Source: an uncultured Acidimicrobiaceae bacterium
GTDB lineage: Bacteria; Actinomycetota; Acidimicrobiia; Acidimicrobiales; RAAP-2
Length of the DNA stretch: 64,000 nucleotides
Reading direction: 5' to 3'
Assembly (NCBI GenBank): GCA_963777665.1
Contig: CAVZRJ010000004.1
Span: forward strand, 71,996 to 135,995
Positions 1 through 11,016 of the stretch are shown here, one piece after another (position 1 is the stretch's first letter; each line of letters opens with the position of its first letter). The notes below the pieces were generated by a model that had not been told where the DNA came from, did not search any database, and saw only the letters and a program-made list of their open reading frames with translations. A program made the position numbers and the translations under genes.

Positions 1-1536
1 GCGCTCCGGTTCGACTACCTCGGCTGCGGCGACTCGGGCGACGATCCGGCGGGCGAGACCGGACCTGAGGCGTGGGAAGAGACGATCCACGAGGCCGTCG
101 CGCTCCTGCGCACACACGGCTTCGGGCGGATCTCGTTGGTCGGTGTCCGGCTCGGCGCCGTGCTCGCCGCCATCGCCGCCACCACCGGACCGCCACCCAC
201 CGCGCTCGCCTACTGGTACCCGTCGAGGAGCGGGAAGGACTTCCTCCGGCTCCAGGTGGGACTGCGGCGGATGATCGCGCCCACTCCGGACCGTCCTCCC
301 GGTGAGGTCGAGCTTCCCGCGCTGGTCCTCGCCGAGCACGTCGCCCGCGCTGTGCGGGAGTTGCCGCCCCTGGGCGCCACGGCTCCACCGAGCCCGACCC
401 TGGTGCTCACCGAGGTCCGCAACGCGGGCGGGCTCTCCGAGCTCGCCGCGGTGAGCAGCATCCCGAACCCCGGCGGCGCCTACCGGCTGCTGGGCGTGGA
501 ACAGCAGGACGCGTCTCCGGACCCCGGGGACATCGACCGCATCGTCGACCACCTCCTCGAGTCCGTCCCCGGCACCGACGCGGGCGACACCGCGGCGATC
601 CACTCCGCTGCGGCGCGGGAGCTCACCACGTCGTGGGGGACGACGGTGCGCGAGTCGCCGGTGAGCATCTGCGGCGACCGGCTGTTCGCGGTCCTCACCG
701 AGCCGGCCGGCGACGGTCGGGAGGGCGCCTCCTCCGCGTCGGGGCCACCGGCGTCGGGGAGCTACGACAACGTGATCTTCCTCAACGCGGTCGACCTCTC
801 CCACATCGGACCCGGGCGCGAGTGGGTCCAGCAGGCGCGTCGGTGGGCGCCCCTCGGGATCCGCTCGCTCCGTCTCGACATCGGAGGCGTCGGGGACAGC
901 GCCTGGCCGATCACGTCGGCGATGACGGCGGACTACCCCACCACCGCGACCGACGACATCCTCGGCGCCATCGCGTTCCTGTCCAGCGCGCCGTCGGACC
1001 GCACGCTCCTGGTCGGATTCTGTTCCGGCGCCTTCCGTGCCACCGCCATCGCCGGCATGGGGGGGATCGCCGGGGTCTGCCTGCTCAATCCGACCCGCTT
1101 CGCGACACCGGCCGGAGTCAGAGGGGAGCGCCCGTCGGCGGCGACCCCACCCCCGGCGCCGCGCACCGGACTGCGGCGTGGGCGGGAGCTCATCAACCTG
1201 CGGACGATGCGCGGTCATCGACTGACCCGCGCGGTCGCCCCACATGTCCCCGATGTCGTGTGGCACGCGGTCAACGCGCTCGCCGGCACTGATCCCCCGG
1301 TGCGACAGCTCCGCGAGCTCGTCGCGAGTGGGGTGGCCGTGCACATCATCTCCGGGCCTGACGACGCCGTTCCGATGACCAGGGGGGCACAACGGCGTCT
1401 CCACAAGCTCGCCGCGAGCGAGCACTTCAGCTTCGATGTGGTGCAGTCCCTCGACCACAACTTCCACGCCGGAACCGGACGGACCGAGGCGATGGCGCTC
1501 GCCGGGAGATACGTGGCCGCTGACCGGCGCCCCTGA
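1..1536 (+). CDS. alpha/beta-hydrolase-fold protein with two tandem hydrolase-like halves; 5'-partial (frame already open at nt 1)
   Basis: Frame 1 has no stop from nt 1 and runs into track ORF 136..1536. Two similar segments (FDYLGCGDS...SLVGVRLGA and LDIGGVGDS...LLVGFCSGA) resemble alpha/beta-hydrolase oxyanion and nucleophile-elbow regions. Confidence 0.55.
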   Translation, partial: ALRFDYLGCGDSGDDPAGETGPEAWEETIHEAVALLRTHGFGRISLVGVRLGAVLAAIAATTGPPPTALAYWYPSRSGKDFLRLQVGLRRMIAPTPDRPPGEVELPALVLAEHVARAVRELPPLGATAPPSPTLVLTEVRNAGGLSELAAVSSIPNPGGAYRLLGVEQQDASPDPGDIDRIVDHLLESVPGTDAGDTAAIHSAAARELTTSWGTTVRESPVSICGDRLFAVLTEPAGDGREGASSASGPPASGSYDNVIFLNAVDLSHIGPGREWVQQARRWAPLGIRSLRLDIGGVGDSAWPITSAMTADYPTTATDDILGAIAFLSSAPSDRTLLVGFCSGAFRATAIAGMGGIAGVCLLNPTRFATPAGVRGERPSAATPPPAPRTGLRRGRELINLRTMRGHRLTRAVAPHVPDVVWHAVNALAGTDPPVRQLRELVASGVAVHIISGPDDAVPMTRGAQRRLHKLAASEHFSFDVVQSLDHNFHAGTGRTEAMALAGRYVAADRRP

Positions 1537-1572
1537 TCCGACCAACGGTTGGCCGCGCGGCCGGTCGAGGAC

Positions 1573-2685
1573 TCAGGCCCCGGCCGCCACCTCCAGATGG
1601 TGCTCGATGGCATCCACCATCGACACGAGGGAGAAGTGATCGGCCACGTGCGCACGGCAGGCCGCCCCGAGGCCGGCCTCGTCCCTCCGCCAGGTGGCGA
1701 GCGAGGACAGGCGCCGGGTCAGCTCGTCGGGATCGGACGGCGGGACCAGGAAGCGGGCGAACGGGCCGGTCAGCACCTCGGGGATGCCCCCGACCGCGGT
1801 GGCCACCACCGGCCGGCCGGTCGACATCGCTTCCACCACCACCCGGCCGAAGGCATCATCGACCACCGACGGGGCGGCGACCACGTCGGACGCGTGCAAC
1901 GGGGTGACCACGTCGGGACGGTTGGGGAGCCAGGTCACCCACGGTTGCCGCAACCGGGGCCGGATGTCCCGCAGGTACTCGACGCTGGGTGGGGACCCGA
2001 CCATCAGGAGGTGCACCCCGCTATCGCGGTCCCGCATCCGTGCGACGGCATCGAGGAGTGCGTCCACCCCCTTGGTCGGATCCAGCCGGCCGTAGAACAG
2101 GACCACGAAGGCCTCCTGGTCGAGGCCGAGGGCCTCGCGTGCTCTCGTGCGGGCCTCCAGGTCGCCGAACGGGTAGGCGTCCGGATCGATGCCGTTGTGG
2201 ACCACCTCGACCCGACCGGCCGGGAAGCCGCCGGTGACCAACTGGTCGCGCAGGAACGACGAGACGGACAGCACGGTGCGGGGCCGGCGACCGAGGAGAG
2301 CGTTGACCACGCGGTGGGTACAGCCGGTGATCCCGTGGAGGTGGCTCACCACCGGCCGGCGCGCCCGGGCACCGGTGGCAACCGCCCAGGGCAGCGGTTG
2401 CATGCGGTGGGCGTAGATCACATCCGGGCGGAGGGCGGCACCGCAACGGACCGAGGGGACGAGGGACCGGGCGGCCCCGAGCCGCCCGCGCAGGTGCAGG
2501 TCGAGGAGGGGTACCTCGACCAGGCTTGCCCCGGCCGACTCGTAGTCGGCGCGGAACGGGCCATCGGCCACGTAGGCAAGGTCGACCCGGTGGCCGCGCC
2601 CGCAGAGGGCGACGGTGGTCTGCAGGGTCTGGACCGTGATCCCGTTGGTGGGCCCGAGGTCCTCGACGTTCGAAAGGATGCGCAC
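1573..2685 (-). CDS. glycosyltransferase family 4 (GT-B, GT1/GT4 type)
   Basis: This is the C-terminal 370 aa of track ORF 1573..3693, with a GTG start at 2685 (VRILSNVEDLG). It has a GT4-like C-terminal signature (AFGRVVVEAMSTGRPVVATAVGGIPEV). The upstream permease stop lies 2 nt away. Confidence 0.85.
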   Translation of the reverse strand: MRILSNVEDLGPTNGITVQTLQTTVALCGRGHRVDLAYVADGPFRADYESAGASLVEVPLLDLHLRGRLGAARSLVPSVRCGAALRPDVIYAHRMQPLPWAVATGARARRPVVSHLHGITGCTHRVVNALLGRRPRTVLSVSSFLRDQLVTGGFPAGRVEVVHNGIDPDAYPFGDLEARTRAREALGLDQEAFVVLFYGRLDPTKGVDALLDAVARMRDRDSGVHLLMVGSPPSVEYLRDIRPRLRQPWVTWLPNRPDVVTPLHASDVVAAPSVVDDAFGRVVVEAMSTGRPVVATAVGGIPEVLTGPFARFLVPPSDPDELTRRLSSLATWRRDEAGLGAACRAHVADHFSLVSMVDAIEHHLEVAAGA

Positions 2686-2687
2686 GC

Positions 2688-3503
2688 TCAGATCACGTCG
2701 GCGAACCCGCGCTCCATCTGCTCGAAGACCACCGCGCCGGCGAGGAACACGACCACGGGGACCACGAAGGAGAGCACGAACTCCCACGTTGCCGGGACGG
2801 CCTGGCGGGCCAATGACCATTGGAACTCCTGGAGCAGCCAGGTCAGCGGGTTCACGTCGTAGATCAGGCGGTAGTTCTTGACGGCGGTGACCGAATAGGC
2901 GATCGGGCTCGCGTAGAGGAGGAACTGGAGCATGAACGGGACGAAGTAGTTCACGTCCCGGTAGCGCACGGTGAGCGCTGCGGTCATCAGCCCGACGCCA
3001 CCGGCCAGCAGGATCACGAGGAGCGCCCAGACCGGGAGCAGGAAGGCCTGCGGTCCCGGGTTGATCCCGTTGATGATCCAGAGCACCGCCAGGAACCCGG
3101 TCGCGACCACGAAGTCGACGAGACAGGAGTAGACGGTGGCCAGGGGCACCAGCATGCGGGGGAAGAAGACCTTGGACACCAGGTCCCGGTTGGAGACCAG
3201 CGATCCCTGGGCACGGGTCACGATGCCGTTGAACAGGTTCCACGCCAGGAGTCCCACGAAGACGAAGATCAGGTACGGGACGTGGGGGACCGTGAGCTTG
3301 GCGACCTTGCTGAACACCAGGGTGAAGACCAGGGCGACGAGGAGCGGCTGCAGGACGACCCAGACCACGCCGAGCAACGTCTGGCGGTAGCGGAGGGTCA
3401 CGTCCCGGGCGCCGAACCGGTAGAGGACCTCGCGCGCCTCCCACAGCTCGGCGACCTTGGGGAGCGAGAACTTCCGCGGGGGTGTGATGACGATGTTTGC
3501 CAC
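2688..3503 (-). CDS. ABC-2 type polysaccharide/teichoic-acid exporter permease (Wzm/TagG-like)
   Basis: 271 aa with multiple hydrophobic TM stretches. The N-terminus (LWEAREVLYRFGARDVTLRYRQTLLGVVWVVLQP) is typical of ABC-2 exporters. It sits directly downstream of the cognate ATPase. Confidence 0.9.
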   Translation of the reverse strand: MANIVITPPRKFSLPKVAELWEAREVLYRFGARDVTLRYRQTLLGVVWVVLQPLLVALVFTLVFSKVAKLTVPHVPYLIFVFVGLLAWNLFNGIVTRAQGSLVSNRDLVSKVFFPRMLVPLATVYSCLVDFVVATGFLAVLWIINGINPGPQAFLLPVWALLVILLAGGVGLMTAALTVRYRDVNYFVPFMLQFLLYASPIAYSVTAVKNYRLIYDVNPLTWLLQEFQWSLARQAVPATWEFVLSFVVPVVVFLAGAVVFEQMERGFADVI

Positions 3504-3509
3504 GGATGC

Positions 3510-4760
3510 TCAGTTCTGGGAGTAGTCGAAGTCGGGGTAGACCACGCCGTGGTCGGTGCCGTCGGGAGTGGTCGGGAACGGGTACGGCGTCACCGGGAGC
3601 ACCTGGAAATGGCAGGCCTGCTCCCAGATGTCCGTGGCACGTCCGCCGGCGTGGATGAAGAGGTCGACGGTGTACGCCCCCGGCTTGAGCCACGGCGTCC
3701 GGAGCCGCAGCCGGCCCTGGGCATCGGTCGAGGGATCGAGCCAGAAGTCCACCACCCGCGAGTCACACTGGGCGATCACCATTCCGTCCTCGTTGTTGAT
3801 GAAGCACGACAGGTGGTAGCGGCTGCCGAACTCGGGATTGGCTCCGACCGAGAACTCGACCACCACGTCGTCCCCCGGCTTGGTGATGTCGTCGGCCGCC
3901 GCCACCTTGGAGAAGCGGATCTCGCCGGTGCCGGGCCGGTGGGTGGCCACCTCGAGCAGCGGGGCCTCCCGTGTGAAGCTGCGCTTGTACTCCTCGAGGG
4001 CGTCCTCCACGGTGCCGTGGAGCACCAGGTGGCCCGCGTTGAGGTAGAGCGCCGAACTGCAGAGGTCCGAGACGGTCTGGAGCTGATGGCTGACCACGAG
4101 CACCGTCCGGCCGTCCCGGGCGACCTCGCGCATCTTGCGCAGGCACTTGGCCTGGAAGTCCGAGTCACCCACCGCGAGCACTTCGTCGACGGCCAGGATC
4201 TCGGAGTCGAGGTGGGCGGCCACGGCAAAGGCGAGGCGGATGTACATGCCGGTCGAGTACCGCTTGACCTGGGTGTCGAGGAACTTCTCGGTCCCGGCGA
4301 AGTCGACGATTGCGTCGAAGCGCTGGCTGATCTCCTTGCGGCGCATCCCGAGCAGGGTGCCGTTGAGGAAGACGTTCTCGCGCCCGGTGAGCTCGGGGTG
4401 GAACCCGGTGCCCACCTCGAGCAGGCTGCCCACCCGTCCACCGAGTTCGATGCGCCCGGTCGTCGGCGCGGTGATCCGGTTGATGATCTTGAGGAGCGTG
4501 CTCTTGCCCGCACCGTTCCGGCCGATGATGCCGACCACCTCGCCCCAGCCGACCTCGAAGGAGACGCCGTGGAGCGCCTCGAACTGCTCGGGACGCTGCT
4601 TGCGGCCCCGCATCCCCTTGAGCAGTGCCTCGGCCGCATAGTTGGTCCGCTCCTCCCGTCGGAAGATCCGATAGGTCTTCGAGAGATCCGAGACCACGAT
4701 GGCGGAACCGTCCGGCACCAGGGCTACGTTAGACGCCGCACGCGCGCGCCCCGGGTTCAT
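3510..4760 (-). CDS. ABC exporter ATP-binding protein (Wzt/TagH-like) with C-terminal extension
   Basis: Walker A GRNGAGKST, signature YSTGM and Walker B ILAVDEVLAVGD are present. About 160 extra C-terminal residues follow, as in Wzt-type glycan exporters. Confidence 0.9.
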   Translation of the reverse strand: MNPGRARAASNVALVPDGSAIVVSDLSKTYRIFRREERTNYAAEALLKGMRGRKQRPEQFEALHGVSFEVGWGEVVGIIGRNGAGKSTLLKIINRITAPTTGRIELGGRVGSLLEVGTGFHPELTGRENVFLNGTLLGMRRKEISQRFDAIVDFAGTEKFLDTQVKRYSTGMYIRLAFAVAAHLDSEILAVDEVLAVGDSDFQAKCLRKMREVARDGRTVLVVSHQLQTVSDLCSSALYLNAGHLVLHGTVEDALEEYKRSFTREAPLLEVATHRPGTGEIRFSKVAAADDITKPGDDVVVEFSVGANPEFGSRYHLSCFINNEDGMVIAQCDSRVVDFWLDPSTDAQGRLRLRTPWLKPGAYTVDLFIHAGGRATDIWEQACHFQVLPVTPYPFPTTPDGTDHGVVYPDFDYSQN

Positions 4761-4776
4761 CTGGCACCCGACAGGT

Positions 4777-6564
4777 TCAGTCGTCGAGGCGGAGGGCGGA
4801 GACGAACGCCTCCTGGGGGACCTCGACTCTCCCGATGCTCTTCATCTTCTTCTTGCCCTCCTTCTGCTTCTCGAGGAGCTTCCGCTTGCGCGTGATGTCG
4901 CCGCCGTAGCACTTGGCGAGGACATCCTTGCGGCGTGCCTTGACCGTCTCCCTGGCCAGGACCCGGCCACCGATGGCGGCCTGAATGGGCACGTCGAACA
5001 GCTGCCTCGGAATGAGCTCGCGCAGCTTCTCGGTCATCCTCCGCCCGTAGCTGTCGGCCTCCGACTTGTGCACGATGGTAGAGAAGGCGTCCACCGGGGT
5101 GTGGTTGATGAGCAGGTCGACCTTGACCAGGTCGGCGGTCGCGTACCCCTCCGGCTCGTAGTCGAGACTGGCATACCCCTTGGTCCGGCTCTTCAATTGG
5201 TCGAAGAAGTTGACCACCACCTCGGCCAGCGGGATCGCGTAGACGAACTCGACCCGCTCCGGGGAGAGGTACTCCATCTTCAGCATCTCCGCCCGCCGGC
5301 CCTGGCAGAGCTCCATCACGGTGCCCGTGTGCTCGGCCGGGGTGAGGATGGTGGCGCGCAGCATGGGCTCGTCCACATGGTCGAGCCGGGACGGCTCGGG
5401 CAACTCACTCGGATTGTCCACGTCGACCTCGGACCCGTCGGCGAGAAAGGCCCGGTAGGCGACGGACGGGGCGGTCGCGATGAGGGAGAGGTCGAACTCG
5501 CGCTCGAGGCGTTCGCGGACGATCTCCATGTGCAACAGGCCGAGGAACCCGCAGCGGAAGCCGAACCCCAGGGCGCGGGAGGACTCGGGTTCGTAGGTGA
5601 AGCTGGCGTCGTTGAGGCGCAGCTTCTCGAGGGCGTCCCGCAGGTCGGGCAGCTCGTCGCCGTCGACCGGGAAGAGCCCGCAGAAGACCATCGGCTTCGG
5701 GTCGCGGTACCCGTCGAGCGCGGTCGTCGCCGGATGGACTGCGGTGGTCACCGTCTCACCCGAGCGGGCACCGCCCACGTCCTTGATGCCGGCGATGAGG
5801 TAGCCGACCTCGCCGGGGCCGAGCTCGGCGACCGGCACGGTGTCCGGGGTCCGGATGCCGATCTCCTCGATCTCGTGGTTGAGCCCGGCCTGCATGAACC
5901 GGAGCCGGTCGGAGCCCTTCAGGGTCCCCTCCATGACCCGGATCGAGCTGACCACCCCCCGGTACTGGTCGTAGGCGGAGTCGAAGATGAGGGCCTGGAG
6001 CGGGGCCTGGGCGTCGCCGGAAGGAGCCGGGATCCGGGCCACGATGGTGTCGAGCAGCTCGGGCACCCCCTCCCCGGTCTTGGCCGAGAGGCGGAGGATG
6101 CCGGTGGCTTCGATGCCGAGGACCTGCTCGATCTCGGCAGCGCAGCGCTCGGGGTCGGCGGCCGGCAGGTCGATCTTGTTGAGCACGGCCACGATCTCGA
6201 GGTCGTGGTCGAGTGCCTGGTAGCAGACGGCAAGGGTCTGGGCCTGAATCCCCTGTGAGGCGTCCACCAGAAGGACCGCTCCTTCGCAGGCGGCCAGCGA
6301 GCGGCTCACCTCGTACCCGAAATCGACGTGGCCGGGGGTGTCGATGAGGTGGAGGGTGTGGTCGGCCCAGGGGACCCGCACGTTCTGGGCCTTGATGGTG
6401 ATCCCCCGCTCGCGCTCGATGTCCATCGAATCGAGGTACTGCTCGCGCATCTGACGGGGATCGACCGCCCCGGTCAGCTCCAGGATGCGGTCGGAGAGCG
6501 TCGACTTGCCGTGGTCGACGTGGCTGATGATCGAGAAGTTGCGGATTCGGGAGGCGGGGAGCAC
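4777..6564 (-). CDS. lepA: elongation factor 4 (LepA)
   Basis: GTPase motifs are present ([30 protein letters not shown]) together with a LepA-type C-terminus. The GTG start at 6564 follows GGAGAG. The longer upstream part of track ORF 4777..6990 looks like non-coding read-through. Confidence 0.9.
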   Translation of the reverse strand: MLPASRIRNFSIISHVDHGKSTLSDRILELTGAVDPRQMREQYLDSMDIERERGITIKAQNVRVPWADHTLHLIDTPGHVDFGYEVSRSLAACEGAVLLVDASQGIQAQTLAVCYQALDHDLEIVAVLNKIDLPAADPERCAAEIEQVLGIEATGILRLSAKTGEGVPELLDTIVARIPAPSGDAQAPLQALIFDSAYDQYRGVVSSIRVMEGTLKGSDRLRFMQAGLNHEIEEIGIRTPDTVPVAELGPGEVGYLIAGIKDVGGARSGETVTTAVHPATTALDGYRDPKPMVFCGLFPVDGDELPDLRDALEKLRLNDASFTYEPESSRALGFGFRCGFLGLLHMEIVRERLEREFDLSLIATAPSVAYRAFLADGSEVDVDNPSELPEPSRLDHVDEPMLRATILTPAEHTGTVMELCQGRRAEMLKMEYLSPERVEFVYAIPLAEVVVNFFDQLKSRTKGYASLDYEPEGYATADLVKVDLLINHTPVDAFSTIVHKSEADSYGRRMTEKLRELIPRQLFDVPIQAAIGGRVLARETVKARRKDVLAKCYGGDITRKRKLLEKQKEGKKKMKSIGRVEVPQEAFVSALRLDD

Positions 6565-6766
6565 GGGCTCTCCAGCGTACCCAAGCCGCCCTGCCGCAAC
6601 GGTCGGCCGCCGGATGAAGGGGTCGGCCCGACCGCCCGGAGGCGAGCTGCTATCCTTCGTTGTCCCCGGTGGACGCCCGCGACGTGTTCCCGGGTGGCAC
6701 CGCACGGGTGGCAGGTGGTGGCCGTTGCCGCCCCGGCCGAGCACACGAGGACGACGAGGACCAGTA

Positions 6767-7039
6767 GTGGCGAACATCCGCAGCCAGATCAAGCGCAACC
6801 GACAGACGATCAAGCACCAGGCGCGCAACAAGGCGGTCCGCTCGGAGCTGCGGACGCGGACCAAGCGGGCACAGTCGGCCATCGCCGCCGGCACGGAGCA
6901 CTCGGCGGAGGAGCTCCGCCTGGCGATCAAGCGGATCGACAAGGCCGCGTCCAAGGGCGTCATCCACAAGAACCAGGCTGCCAACCGCAAGAGCCGCCTG
7001 ATGAGACGCGCGGCGCAGGCCGCCTCCGCCGACTCCTGA
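6767..7039 (+). CDS. rpsT: 30S ribosomal protein S20
   Basis: [30 protein letters not shown]... 90 aa, GTG start, divergent from lepA as in many bacteria. Confidence 0.9.
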   Translation: MANIRSQIKRNRQTIKHQARNKAVRSELRTRTKRAQSAIAAGTEHSAEELRLAIKRIDKAASKGVIHKNQAANRKSRLMRRAAQAASADS

Positions 7040-7170
7040 GCACGGCATCCGGCCGCTCGGCGGCTGCTGACTTCCCGACACCACAGCGCCGGTAGTCCTC
7101 CGCGGACGCTCCCCCGGTGGGTCGTCCGTCGCCCCCTCCTAGATCTTCGGGGTAGAGGTCCGTCCCGCTC

Positions 7171-8499
7171 CTACTTCTTCGGGGGATAGTAGTAGTACGG
7201 CTCGTCGCACCGGTAGCCGTGGGTCGGACCGTTCACCGGCGGGTCGTCGAGGCGCTGGAACTGACCGTTGACGATGTGGCCGATGATGTAGCAGGAAGCC
7301 GGCACCTTTCCGGCCGGGTTGGCCGTGGCGAGGAGGTTGCCCGCGTTGAAGGAGGTGACCTTGCGCAGCTGCTCGAGCACCGAGCCCCGGGTCGGGTTGG
7401 GGCCTGCCGCCTGGAGGGCCTGGCTGAACAGCTCCGCCGAGGTCCAGCCGAAGAGCGTGTAGAGGTCGGCCTTGAACCCCGGAGAGGCCTTCTGGATCCA
7501 GCTCAGGAAGGTATTGACCGCCGGAATCGCTGATGCGTCCTCGCCGAGGAAGAGCGAGGTGGCCTGTGCGAGATAGCCGCCGTCGATGGCCGCCGCACCG
7601 CCCGAGTTCGGCACCAGCGCCTCGCTGTACGTCGAGGCGCCGAACACGACGACCGGGTGGTAGTCCTGCTGGTTGAGGGCCTTGACGACGGCAGCCGCGT
7701 AGTTCTCCGGCATCTGCTCGACGAAGAGGATCTTGACCCCGGCATTGCGCATGGAGACGACGTACTGGGTGAAGTCGGTCTGGGTGATGCCGAACTGGGG
7801 GTCGTAGACGACGTTGTAGCCCAGCGAGTTCATTGCCGCGTGCTCCGCTTCCCACTTGGAGATGGCCGACGGGACGTCCGCGACGAGGGCTCCCGCGTGC
7901 TTGACGTCGGTTGGGTACTTCTTCTGGAAGTAGGTGAGGGGGCCGAGCTGCCAGCCGCCCGAGGCGGGCTCCGGGCTGAAGCTGTTAGGCAGGTTCCCGG
8001 TGGCCGTGTCGAGGCTGACGGTCACGTTGGGCACGTCCGGGTTGGCGGCGAGGACGGTCCCCCCGAAGCTGTCGAACGTGGAGAACCCGCCGACGAGGGC
8101 GAAGTCCTTCTGAGCAGCTTCCTGGGTGTACTGCTTGTTGGGTGCACCGGCGTAGCCGTCGTCGTAGGAGTCGACGAGGATCTTGCGACCGTGGATGCCG
8201 CCCTGGGAGTTCACGTAGGCGGCGTAGGCCTGCGCCCCGATATAGGCACCCTTGAACAGGCCTTCGAACAGCGTCGACACGTTGCCGATGGAGACCGTTG
8301 TGGAGGTGAGCCCGGTGGTGTCGCTGAAGGCCGACGCCGGGATGCCGGATGTCGAGGACCCGCCGGTGGAAGACGGCGGCTGACTGGTGGTCGAGGAGCA
8401 GGCCGTCAGTGTGACCGCAAGCACCAAGGCGGTCAGCGTCACCGCGGCAGGGGCACCCCTCCGGCACGCGCCGGTACGGTTCCGAATGGAATACCTCAC
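7171..8499 (-). CDS. ABC transporter substrate-binding lipoprotein (type I periplasmic-binding fold, Leu/Ile/Val-binding-like)
   Basis: Lipobox LTACSS follows a hydrophobic signal segment, and the composition is PBP1/LivJ-like. The GTG start at 8499 is preceded by GGGGGAG. The track ORF start at 8562 is an alternative. Confidence 0.7.
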   Translation of the reverse strand: MRYSIRNRTGACRRGAPAAVTLTALVLAVTLTACSSTTSQPPSSTGGSSTSGIPASAFSDTTGLTSTTVSIGNVSTLFEGLFKGAYIGAQAYAAYVNSQGGIHGRKILVDSYDDGYAGAPNKQYTQEAAQKDFALVGGFSTFDSFGGTVLAANPDVPNVTVSLDTATGNLPNSFSPEPASGGWQLGPLTYFQKKYPTDVKHAGALVADVPSAISKWEAEHAAMNSLGYNVVYDPQFGITQTDFTQYVVSMRNAGVKILFVEQMPENYAAAVVKALNQQDYHPVVVFGASTYSEALVPNSGGAAAIDGGYLAQATSLFLGEDASAIPAVNTFLSWIQKASPGFKADLYTLFGWTSAELFSQALQAAGPNPTRGSVLEQLRKVTSFNAGNLLATANPAGKVPASCYIIGHIVNGQFQRLDDPPVNGPTHGYRCDEPYYYYPPKK

Positions 8500-8611
8500 A
8501 GCAGGCTCCCCCTTGGTCGTCGGCGGTCCCGGCAGGTCATCGATCCCTCCCCGGGGAGACACCGTGACCAGACTCTAGAGAAAGTGAACGGCGCGCGCGT
8601 GGCGCACCCGC

Positions 8612-9316
8612 TCACCCGTCCCCTGTCGTTGCCGTGCGGTCCTCCGCCAAGTGCATCGCCTCGATGCGGGTGCGCTCCATGTGCACGAACTCCCCGACCG
8701 CCTCGACGGTGACGACGCCGTCCTGGAGCAGTCGGCCACGGCTGTGCACACGGCGGTCGGTCCGCCGGGTGACCCACGACTCGAACACCGACTCCACGCC
8801 CACCCGGGTCGGCTTGCGGTACTTGATCGTGAGCTCGACGGTGGGACCCGCCGCGTCAACCAGCACGTTGGCCGCGGTGAGCATGATGTCGAAGCACCCG
8901 GCGAGGGCAGCGCCGTGCACGCACCCCGGCGCCCCCTCGTAGGTCGGCGAGAAGACCACCCGGCCGATGGCAAGGGGCGGACTGAACTCGACCTCGACCG
9001 GGGGGGACAGCGGGTTGCAGCTGCCGATGACCATGTCGAAGGGCATGGCCGAGGCGAGGGCGCCGACCTCGTCGGACCCGACCGGGTGCTCGGCGAACCG
9101 TCCGACCGGCACCGGACCCTCCGCCGGCACCGAGGCCTCCAGCCGGTCAGCGAGCTCCGTGGCCCGTCGTGCCGCCTCGTCGAGCACCGCCGGCGGCGGG
9201 GTCGAGGTGACGGTGAGCTCCATCAGTCGACGTACCGCCGCGGCCAGCTGCTCGCGGCCTCCGCCACTCCACGGTCTGCCGGGTGGTCCCTCGCGGCGGG
9301 GCGGCTCCTCAGGCAT
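8612..9316 (-). CDS. hotdog-fold thioesterase (PaaI/4HBT-like)
   Basis: The core GCVHGAALAGCFDIMLTAANV ... TVELTIKYRKPT is typical of PaaI-type thioesterases. The ATG at 9316 overlaps the upstream gene stop by 8 nt (ATGCCTGA). Confidence 0.7.
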   Translation of the reverse strand: MPEEPPRREGPPGRPWSGGGREQLAAAVRRLMELTVTSTPPPAVLDEAARRATELADRLEASVPAEGPVPVGRFAEHPVGSDEVGALASAMPFDMVIGSCNPLSPPVEVEFSPPLAIGRVVFSPTYEGAPGCVHGAALAGCFDIMLTAANVLVDAAGPTVELTIKYRKPTRVGVESVFESWVTRRTDRRVHSRGRLLQDGVVTVEAVGEFVHMERTRIEAMHLAEDRTATTGDG

Positions 9317-10166
9317 CCGCGTCACCGAACCGCGCCACGTAGCCGGCTTGCTCGTCGAGCACCCGGAGCATCGCGGAGCGGCCACCGGACGGCACCCGCA
9401 GCACCACCTCGTCGACACCCAGGTCGCGGAAGTGGCCGAGCTTTGCGTCCGAGGGGACGGTTCCGAACGGGACCACCCGCACTGATCCGGGGTCCCGCCC
9501 GTCCTCCTCGACCGCACGCCGCAGTGCCGGCACCGCCTCGGCCAGCCCCGATCCGCCGACCGGGAGCCATCCGTCGGCGTACTCGGCGATGGCTCCGAAG
9601 GTCACGGGGCCGGCACGGCCTCCGACGAGAACGGGGACCCTCGGACGCTGGACGGGCTTCGGCGAGCTCCAGCACGGGTCGAGCTCGACATGGTCCCCGT
9701 GGAACTCGGCGGGGTCGGCGCCCCAGAGCGCCTGCATGCAGAGGACGTGCTCGCGGGCCACCTCCCGACGCCGCGAGAAGTCGATGCCGTGGTCGGCCGC
9801 CTCCGCCCGGTTCCAACCGAACCCGATACCGAGGACGACCCGCCCGCCGCTCACGTGGTCGAGGGTGGCGACCTGCTTGGCCAGCACGATCGGGTCGTGC
9901 TGTGCGACCAGGACCACCCCGGTCCCGAGACGGAGGGTGGTGGTCACCGACGCCATGGTGGCCAGGGCCACGAACGGGTCGAGACTGCGCCGGTAGTCCT
10001 CCAGATGCACCCCTTCGACCAGGGCAGGCGGTGAGTCGGCCCGGACCGGGAGATGGGTGTGCTCGGGGAGGTAGAGCGAGTCGAACCCGCGCTCCTCGAC
10101 GGCGATGGCCAGGTCGGCGGGCGCCATGGCCCGATCGGTGAGGAAGGCGGTGATCCCGAGCCGCAC
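9309..10166 (-). CDS. LLM-class F420-dependent oxidoreductase
   Basis: MRLGITAFLTD...YLPEHTHLP...LGTGVVLVAQHDPIVLAKQVATLDHVSGGRVVLGIGFGWN is a luciferase-like monooxygenase fold pattern. Confidence 0.85.
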   Translation of the reverse strand: MRLGITAFLTDRAMAPADLAIAVEERGFDSLYLPEHTHLPVRADSPPALVEGVHLEDYRRSLDPFVALATMASVTTTLRLGTGVVLVAQHDPIVLAKQVATLDHVSGGRVVLGIGFGWNRAEAADHGIDFSRRREVAREHVLCMQALWGADPAEFHGDHVELDPCWSSPKPVQRPRVPVLVGGRAGPVTFGAIAEYADGWLPVGGSGLAEAVPALRRAVEEDGRDPGSVRVVPFGTVPSDAKLGHFRDLGVDEVVLRVPSGGRSAMLRVLDEQAGYVARFGDADA

Positions 10167-10172
10167 GGCCGG

Positions 10173-10937
10173 TCACTCCCCGAGCCCGGCAACCAGCTGG
10201 GACCCCGGATTGCGCGAGGGGTCGGCGAAGAGGGCGGCGAACGCGGCCTCCTCACGCCGGCGGGCGTCGGCCACGGCGGAGCCGCGACCGGCCAGCATCA
10301 GGCGCTTGATCTCACGGGTGGCATGCGCCGGGAACGAGGCGATGGTGCGAGCCAGGGCGAGGGTCTCCCCGAGCACGGTACCGGCCGGGCAGACCCGCAA
10401 CGCGAGGCCGGCGTCCACCGCCTCGGCAGCGCTGATCCACTCCGAGGCGAGCAGCGCGGCGGCTGCCCGTTGCCATCCCATCCGGGCCGGGAGCAGCACG
10501 CTGCTGGCGGCCTCCGGCGGCACGCCCATCTCCGCGAAGGGAACCCGCAGCCGGGCGTCCTCGTCGATGAGCACGAGGTCGACGTGGCCGAGCAGCGAGC
10601 ATCCGAGCCCCATTCCCACGCCGTGCACCGCGGCGAGCAACGGCTTGTCGAACCCGACCACCACATCGAGCAGGTCTCGGAAGCCCGAGCCGGCGTCCGG
10701 GCCGGACTCCCCGGTGGCGATGGCCGCCATCTCCCGCAAGTCCTGGCCGGAGGAGAACACGGTGCCCCGGCCGGACAGCACCACGGCCCGCACCTCGTCG
10801 TCAGCCAACGCGTCGGTCAGTGCGTCGGTCACTGCGCGGTACATGGCCCGGTCGAACGCGTTGCGTGCCTCGGGGCGGTCGAAGGTGACGCTCATCACGC
10901 CGTGCTCGAGCCCGACCTCGACCCGGTGGTCGGTCAT
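10173..10937 (-). CDS. enoyl-CoA hydratase/isomerase (crotonase) family protein
   Basis: VTFDRPEARNAF...VVLSGRGTVFSSGQDL...AAVHGVGMGLG crotonase signature. Confidence 0.85.
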   Translation of the reverse strand: MTDHRVEVGLEHGVMSVTFDRPEARNAFDRAMYRAVTDALTDALADDEVRAVVLSGRGTVFSSGQDLREMAAIATGESGPDAGSGFRDLLDVVVGFDKPLLAAVHGVGMGLGCSLLGHVDLVLIDEDARLRVPFAEMGVPPEAASSVLLPARMGWQRAAAALLASEWISAAEAVDAGLALRVCPAGTVLGETLALARTIASFPAHATREIKRLMLAGRGSAVADARRREEAAFAALFADPSRNPGSQLVAGLGE

Positions 10938-11016
10938 CGACGGCCGCGGGCCCGGATGCGCGCCGGTGAGGTACCGCCCTCGGTCATGGGCGCACCGTCG
11001 GTGGCATCCGCAGCGC